From: a bacterium | GTDB taxonomy: Bacteria > Zhuqueibacterota > Zhuqueibacteria > Residuimicrobiales > Krinioviventaceae | DNA length: 64,000 bases | Direction: 5' to 3' | Assembly (NCBI GenBank): GCA_963693055.1 | Contig: OY843751.1 | Location: forward strand, 2,656,001 to 2,720,000 | Made by a program: the position numbers and the translations under genes | The notes under the pieces: model-generated | What the model was told of the DNA's origin: nothing | What the model saw: only the letters and a program-made list of their open reading frames with translations | Databases searched by the model: none | Part shown: in pieces, positions 58,842 to 64,000 of the stretch | Numbering within the stretch: the stretch's first letter is position 1 | Layout: the number at the start of each line of letters is the position of its first letter

Positions 58842-60043
58842 ATAAAATTAGGTTTCTGACTGCCGGAGAGTCTCACGGACAAGCGTTGAATGCTATAATT
58901 GAGGGACTTCCAGCCAATCTTGAAATCAATGAAGTAGAAATACGTCATGATCTTGCCCGCAGACAGCGCGGCTATGGCCGTGGTGGCAGAATGCAGATCG
59001 AAAAAGATTATGCAAGAATTATGACAGGTGTAAGATACGGAAAAACATTAGGTAGTCCTGTTTCTCTATTACTTGAGAACAAAGACTGGCCCAACTGGAC
59101 TGAGAAAATGTCTGTTACACCTGTTGACAATCCTGTCCCCAAGTTACAAATGCCACGTCCGGGGCATGCTGATTTTTCCGGTATGGTTAAATATCAGCAG
59201 GATGATTTACGCAACTTGTTGGAGCGATCATCGGCACGTGAAACAACAATGCGTGTTGCAGTAGGTGCTGTTTGCAGGAAATTGTTGTCTGAATTTGGCA
59301 TTCAAATCTATGGTCATGTTGTAAGAATTGGATCGGTAACGTCAGATTTTTCTGGTTTAAATGTAACCCAAAAAGATTTTAACGATTCTGATTTTGTAAA
59401 AAGTTGGATTGATACCTTTTCCAAAGTTGAATCTGCCGATATGGCCTGTGCTGATGATACTGCCAATAAAGCGATGATGGATTTGGTTGATGAAGCAAAA
59501 GAAAAAGGTACATCTTTGGGGGGGCAGTATGAAATTATTGCAACCGGTTTGCCTGTAGGGTTAGGCAGCCATGTACACTGGGACCGTAAATTAGACGCTC
59601 ACATTGCTTATGCTATGATGAGTATTAATGCCATGAAATCCGTTGAAATTGGAATGGGTGTTGGTGTTGCTCAAAATCCTGGTAGTGCTGTACATGACCA
59701 GATTTATTATGATGAAAAAAACGGATATTATAGAACCAGTAATAACGCTGGTGGGCTGGAAGGCGGTATGACCAATGGTGAACCCGTAATTGCCCGTATT
59801 TCAATGAAACCCCTGCCAACGATGGTTACACCTTTAGATTCTGTTGATGTTAAAACCAAATCATCCAAACAGGCGCATTATGAACGTGCGGATGTTTGTG
59901 CTGTACCCGCTGCTGTAATTGTAGGTGAAGCCATGATGGCAATTGTGCTTGCCAATGCTTTAATTGACAAAATTGGCGGTGACTCGATTGAAGAGATGAA
60001 GCGAAACTATAAAGGATTACCTAATGTACCCTTGGGATGGTAA
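58838..60043 (+). CDS. aroC: Chorismate synthase
   Basis: TAGESHG, PRPGHAD, ERSSARET, GGLEGGMTNG. Confidence 0.98.
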   Translation: MNKIRFLTAGESHGQALNAIIEGLPANLEINEVEIRHDLARRQRGYGRGGRMQIEKDYARIMTGVRYGKTLGSPVSLLLENKDWPNWTEKMSVTPVDNPVPKLQMPRPGHADFSGMVKYQQDDLRNLLERSSARETTMRVAVGAVCRKLLSEFGIQIYGHVVRIGSVTSDFSGLNVTQKDFNDSDFVKSWIDTFSKVESADMACADDTANKAMMDLVDEAKEKGTSLGGQYEIIATGLPVGLGSHVHWDRKLDAHIAYAMMSINAMKSVEIGMGVGVAQNPGSAVHDQIYYDEKNGYYRTSNNAGGLEGGMTNGEPVIARISMKPLPTMVTPLDSVDVKTKSSKQAHYERADVCAVPAAVIVGEAMMAIVLANALIDKIGGDSIEEMKRNYKGLPNVPLGW

Positions 60044-60560
60044 AAACGTCTATTTTCTAGGATTTATGGCTTCCGGAAAATCAGCAATTGGTCGTGAATT
60101 TTCAAAAATGTTGGGTTGGCCTTTTTATGATACCGATGATCTTGTCGAACAAGCTGCCGGTAAAACAATCAGTGAAATTTTTGAGCAGGATGGAGAACAG
60201 GCATTTCGTGACCTTGAATCTCGAGTGGTTAAATCTGTTTCTGAAAAAAAACATCAGGTTGTTTCACTTGGTGGTGGTGCAATTATACGCCAGGATAACT
60301 GGAAATATATAATCGATTCAGGAATCACCATTGGGCTTATGGCACCTGTAAGTGTTTTGGCAGAACGTATTGCAAGGAAATCTCATCGTCCTTTAATGTA
60401 CAACTTGAAGGGTGATGAATTGATAAAAAAGATTGAATCCCTGCTTAAAGAACGTGAGCCTTTTTACATTCGCGCTCAATACAAATTTGAAAACACCGGA
60501 CTATTGACTGTTCATGATTTTACTCAGGAAATATTCAATACAATACGGGATGACATATGA
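60024..60560 (+). CDS. aroK: Shikimate kinase
   Basis: GFMASGKS, DTD, FR.LE, GGG, RPL. Confidence 0.96.
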   Translation: MYPWDGKNVYFLGFMASGKSAIGREFSKMLGWPFYDTDDLVEQAAGKTISEIFEQDGEQAFRDLESRVVKSVSEKKHQVVSLGGGAIIRQDNWKYIIDSGITIGLMAPVSVLAERIARKSHRPLMYNLKGDELIKKIESLLKEREPFYIRAQYKFENTGLLTVHDFTQEIFNTIRDDI

Positions 60561-61654
60561 AAACCGTTAATATAGATCTGGGTGAAAGAGGTTATGCAAT
60601 TCCAATAGGACCAGGTGTGCTGTCAAGTTTGCCTGAGCTATTAGTAAAACATGAAATACAGGAAGAATTGTACATCATTACCGATACCAATGTACACCAA
60701 TATTATCATCAAACAATAAAAGATTTATTTAATAAAACTGATATAAATCCTGTCATTTTTACTGTACCTGCAGGCGAAAAATCCAAATCTCTTGATGTTG
60801 CAAATCAACTTTATACACAATTACTTGAAAACAATGCTACCCGTAAAGCTGCAATTGTTGCCTTTGGCGGTGGAGTAGTAGGGGACCTGGCCGGTTTTAT
60901 TGCGGCAACTTTTATGAGAGGCGTTCCTTTTGTGCAAGTACCAACTACTATATTGAGTCAGGTTGACAGTAGTGTTGGCGGTAAAGTGGGTATAAATCAT
61001 CCATTGGGTAAAAATTTGATTGGTGCCTTTTATCAACCTGAATTTGTCCTTATTGATCCTGATGTTTTGGTAACTTTGCCGGAAAGAGAAATTAAAGCTG
61101 GAATAGCAGAAGTTATCAAATACAGTTTTATCTGGGATTATGATTTTTTTACCTCACTTTTCGATCATATTGATTCATTGATCTCATTGTCAGATACTAA
61201 ATATCTTGTCGATGTTTTGGCCAAATGTTGTGAGATAAAAGCAAATGTAGTAGAGCAGGATGAAAAAGAATCCGGTTTACGCAGTATATTAAACTTTGGT
61301 CATACGGCAGGTCATGCGCTTGAAGCCGTTACCGGTTATAATCACTTTCTCCATGGAGAAGCAGTATCTCATGGTATGCGTGCTGCAATTCATTTATCCA
61401 TGCTTGAGAACCGTATTGATAACAAAACTGCACAAAATGCACTTAAGCTAGTAGATTTATTAACCCCTCCTGAAATTCCATCTTTTGTAACCGTTGATGA
61501 TATTCTGCAAGCTACCCAAAAGGATAAAAAGCGTTCAAAAGCCGGCCAACTCTGGATATTGTTGGATGGTATTGGTAAATACGCAATGACCCGGGATGTT
61601 TCGAATGATCATATTAAATCAGCAGTTGAATTTATGATCAGGTACGCGCTATGA
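60557..61654 (+). CDS. aroB: 3-dehydroquinate synthase
   Basis: GGGVVGDLAGF, QVDSSVGGK, LNFGHT.GHALE, HGEAV. Confidence 0.98.
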   Translation: MKTVNIDLGERGYAIPIGPGVLSSLPELLVKHEIQEELYIITDTNVHQYYHQTIKDLFNKTDINPVIFTVPAGEKSKSLDVANQLYTQLLENNATRKAAIVAFGGGVVGDLAGFIAATFMRGVPFVQVPTTILSQVDSSVGGKVGINHPLGKNLIGAFYQPEFVLIDPDVLVTLPEREIKAGIAEVIKYSFIWDYDFFTSLFDHIDSLISLSDTKYLVDVLAKCCEIKANVVEQDEKESGLRSILNFGHTAGHALEAVTGYNHFLHGEAVSHGMRAAIHLSMLENRIDNKTAQNALKLVDLLTPPEIPSFVTVDDILQATQKDKKRSKAGQLWILLDGIGKYAMTRDVSNDHIKSAVEFMIRYAL

Positions 61655-62094
61655 TCAAAGTAATTGTCATCCATGGTCCCAATTTAAACTTGTTAGGTGA
61701 TAGAGAACCTGATGTTTATGGTACTTTAACACTGGATAATATAAACCAGGAAATAACCAAGCTTGCTAAATCTATTGATATATCTGTTGAATGTTATCAG
61801 TCTAATCATGAAGGTGAATTAATAGATTTCATTCACAATAATCGTCATTCTGCCAGCGGAATTGTAATTAATCCTGGTGCATATACGCATTATAGCTATG
61901 CAATACGTGATGCAATATCCGCAGTCAAACTGCCAACTATTGAAGTTCACTTGTCTGATATTCACAAGCGGGAAGATTTTCGCAAAATATCTGTCATTCA
62001 ACCGGTATGTATCCATCAAATATACGGTAAAGGTTTAGACAGTTACCTGGAGGGTCTGTTGTTTCTAAACCAATACTTGAAGAAGGATTTGTAA
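61651..62094 (+). CDS. aroQ: Type II 3-dehydroquinate dehydratase
   Basis: GPNLNLLG.REP.VYG, QSNHEG, NPGAYTH, EVHLS. Confidence 0.98.
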   Translation: MIKVIVIHGPNLNLLGDREPDVYGTLTLDNINQEITKLAKSIDISVECYQSNHEGELIDFIHNNRHSASGIVINPGAYTHYSYAIRDAISAVKLPTIEVHLSDIHKREDFRKISVIQPVCIHQIYGKGLDSYLEGLLFLNQYLKKDL

Positions 62095-62200
62095 TCCATT
62101 CATGGGGTACGAGTATTACATCTTGTTTAACCGCTTTAATTAGTTATTGATTCTTTATTTCAATTGTTCTATATTTTAAATTCTATTATTGGAGATATTT

Positions 62201-63913
62201 TTGAAAAATATTGAAATAGCAAATATTTTTATGCAAATGGCCGATATTTTAGAGTTTAATGGTGAGTCACCATTCAAGGTCAATGCTTATCGTAAAGGTG
62301 CCCGTATTCTTGAAGAAATGACAGACGATATTGAATCTGTTTGGCAATCGGGTAATCTTCAGGAAATTCCGGGTATTGGTAAAGCCCTTTACGGTAAAAT
62401 AGAGGCATTTTTGACCAATGGAAATATCCCTCAATATGACGAGTTGTTAAAAAATATACCTCAAGATCTTTTTTTGTTGTTAAAAATCCCCAATTTTGGT
62501 CCCAAAACCGCTGCTCTAGCATACAAAGAATTGAATGTTCAAACACTCGATGATTTGAAAACTGTTATCGAATCCGGTAAACTGGAATCTTTACCAGGAA
62601 TGGGAGCAAAGCGTGTTGAAAAAATAAAAAAGAGTGTCGAGTTATTAAAGACTTCGCAGGAACGTTTATCTATTGGACTTGCTATTCCCATTGTGCAGGA
62701 AACTATAGATTATTTAAATGAACATGTAGGCGACAAAATCCTTAAAATAACAACTGCAGGATCTACCCGAAGAGGGCGTGAAACGGTTCACGATATTGAT
62801 ATTCTTGTCTCTACTGAATTCTCCAAAGTGGTAATTGAGTGTTTCACTCAAATGCCCGGTGTAACCTCTGTGCTCGGTTCTGGTTCAACAAAAGGCAGTA
62901 TCATAGTAAATGATCGAGAACAAATTGATTTACGTGCTGTACCTGCTGATAGTTTTGGTGCTGCTTTGCAGTATTTTACAGGTTCCAAAGCCCATAATGT
63001 GAAACTGAGAGGTATTGCCAAATCTAAAGGTTTTAAAATCAATGAATATGGTATTTTCAAAGATGAAACCAAAGTTGGTGGTGAAACTGAAAAAGAAATT
63101 TATGAGCAATTGGGACTGGTTTGGATTCCCCCCGAATTGCGTGAAGATCGGGGAGAAATAGAAGCATCTGCAGAGAATGCTTTGCCCGAATTGATTACTG
63201 ATTCTGATATGCTTGCAGATTTGCATATGCACACCCACTATAGCGATGGCCAATTATCTATTCAAGAGATGGCTGATGCTGTTCGGCAATTGGGTTATAA
63301 ATATATGGCAATTACGGATCATTCGGCCAATGCATTTTACGCAAATGGGCTGCAAGTCGATAGATTAAAGAAACAAATTGAAGAAATACGTGAAATTAGT
63401 AACAACTATACAGATTTTGAAATTCTTGCAGGTTCAGAGGTAGATATTTTACCCAATGGTAACCTTGACTTTGATGATGATATATTAAAGCAACTTGACT
63501 TTGTTGTAGCATCTATACACTCTGCGTTTACAACCAAACCCACTGAGCGTACGCTTGCAGCTATTGAAAATCCCTATGTGGATGTTATTGGACATCCAAC
63601 TGGCAGATTAATCTCGCGACGTGAAGGATTCGATATGGATATGGATATGGTAATGCAAAGGGCTGCGGAAACAGGAACAGCACTTGAAGTAAATGCCTAT
63701 TGGGATCGATTGGATTTATCTGATATCCACATCAAACAAGCCATTTCTATGGGTGTTAAATTGTCAATCAATACTGACAGCCACCATACACGACATCTGA
63801 GTATGATGCAGTTTGGAATAGCTACTGCAAGACGGGGGTGGGCAACAAAATCTGATGTAATTAATACAATGTCCCTTGAGCAATTGCGGACATGGCAAAA
63901 GCGAAATAACTGA
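62201..63913 (+). CDS. polX: DNA polymerase X with PHP exonuclease domain
   Basis: AGS.RR, DIDIL, IDLR, YFTGSKAHN, HMHT..SDG, TDH, HPTGR, TDSH; TTG 62201 after GGAG. Confidence 0.96.
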   Translation: MKNIEIANIFMQMADILEFNGESPFKVNAYRKGARILEEMTDDIESVWQSGNLQEIPGIGKALYGKIEAFLTNGNIPQYDELLKNIPQDLFLLLKIPNFGPKTAALAYKELNVQTLDDLKTVIESGKLESLPGMGAKRVEKIKKSVELLKTSQERLSIGLAIPIVQETIDYLNEHVGDKILKITTAGSTRRGRETVHDIDILVSTEFSKVVIECFTQMPGVTSVLGSGSTKGSIIVNDREQIDLRAVPADSFGAALQYFTGSKAHNVKLRGIAKSKGFKINEYGIFKDETKVGGETEKEIYEQLGLVWIPPELREDRGEIEASAENALPELITDSDMLADLHMHTHYSDGQLSIQEMADAVRQLGYKYMAITDHSANAFYANGLQVDRLKKQIEEIREISNNYTDFEILAGSEVDILPNGNLDFDDDILKQLDFVVASIHSAFTTKPTERTLAAIENPYVDVIGHPTGRLISRREGFDMDMDMVMQRAAETGTALEVNAYWDRLDLSDIHIKQAISMGVKLSINTDSHHTRHLSMMQFGIATARRGWATKSDVINTMSLEQLRTWQKRNN

Positions 63914-64000
63914 TACCTGGCAGGAAAATAGACTGGCAAAGCTTTCTCATAAATTGATCCGTTTTTTCTATTTGGATAAAATTTTTGCGGAAAACGGATA

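Noticed and set aside
47410-63913. TopIB and PolX as a prophage or mobile DNA-repair island
   Set aside because: 13 kb apart, separated by housekeeping genes, with no integrase, att sites or phage genes.

Overview
AT-rich bacterial chromosomal window, standard genetic code. Gene content is consistent with an FCB-superphylum anaerobe or facultative anaerobe such as KSB1 or Calditrichota (inference only). Housekeeping blocks: ffh-rpsP-rimM-trmD-rplS, metE, tal, queD, polX and a nine-gene shikimate/chorismate mutase/tyrA operon. Most notable: (1) an unannotated Phe/Tyr-rich leader peptide with mutually exclusive terminator and antiterminator hairpins upstream of the aro operon; (2) a full-length eukaryote/archaea-type topoisomerase IB; (3) a lipoprotein cytochrome with 21 haem motifs built from nine tandem dihaem repeats, divergent from a c554-type tetrahaem cytochrome; (4) an operon joining a DsrL/GltD-like flavoprotein and a second degenerate flavoprotein to a 2-oxoacid:ferredoxin oxidoreductase; (5) a BlaI/BlaR1-like system whose M56 sensor gene is interrupted by an IS256-family and an IS3-family element and can be rebuilt in frame. 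Two further pseudogenes and orphan rnfB and pgsC genes are present. No rRNA, tRNA or CRISPR array was recognised. All calls are by motif recognition; no database searches were run.
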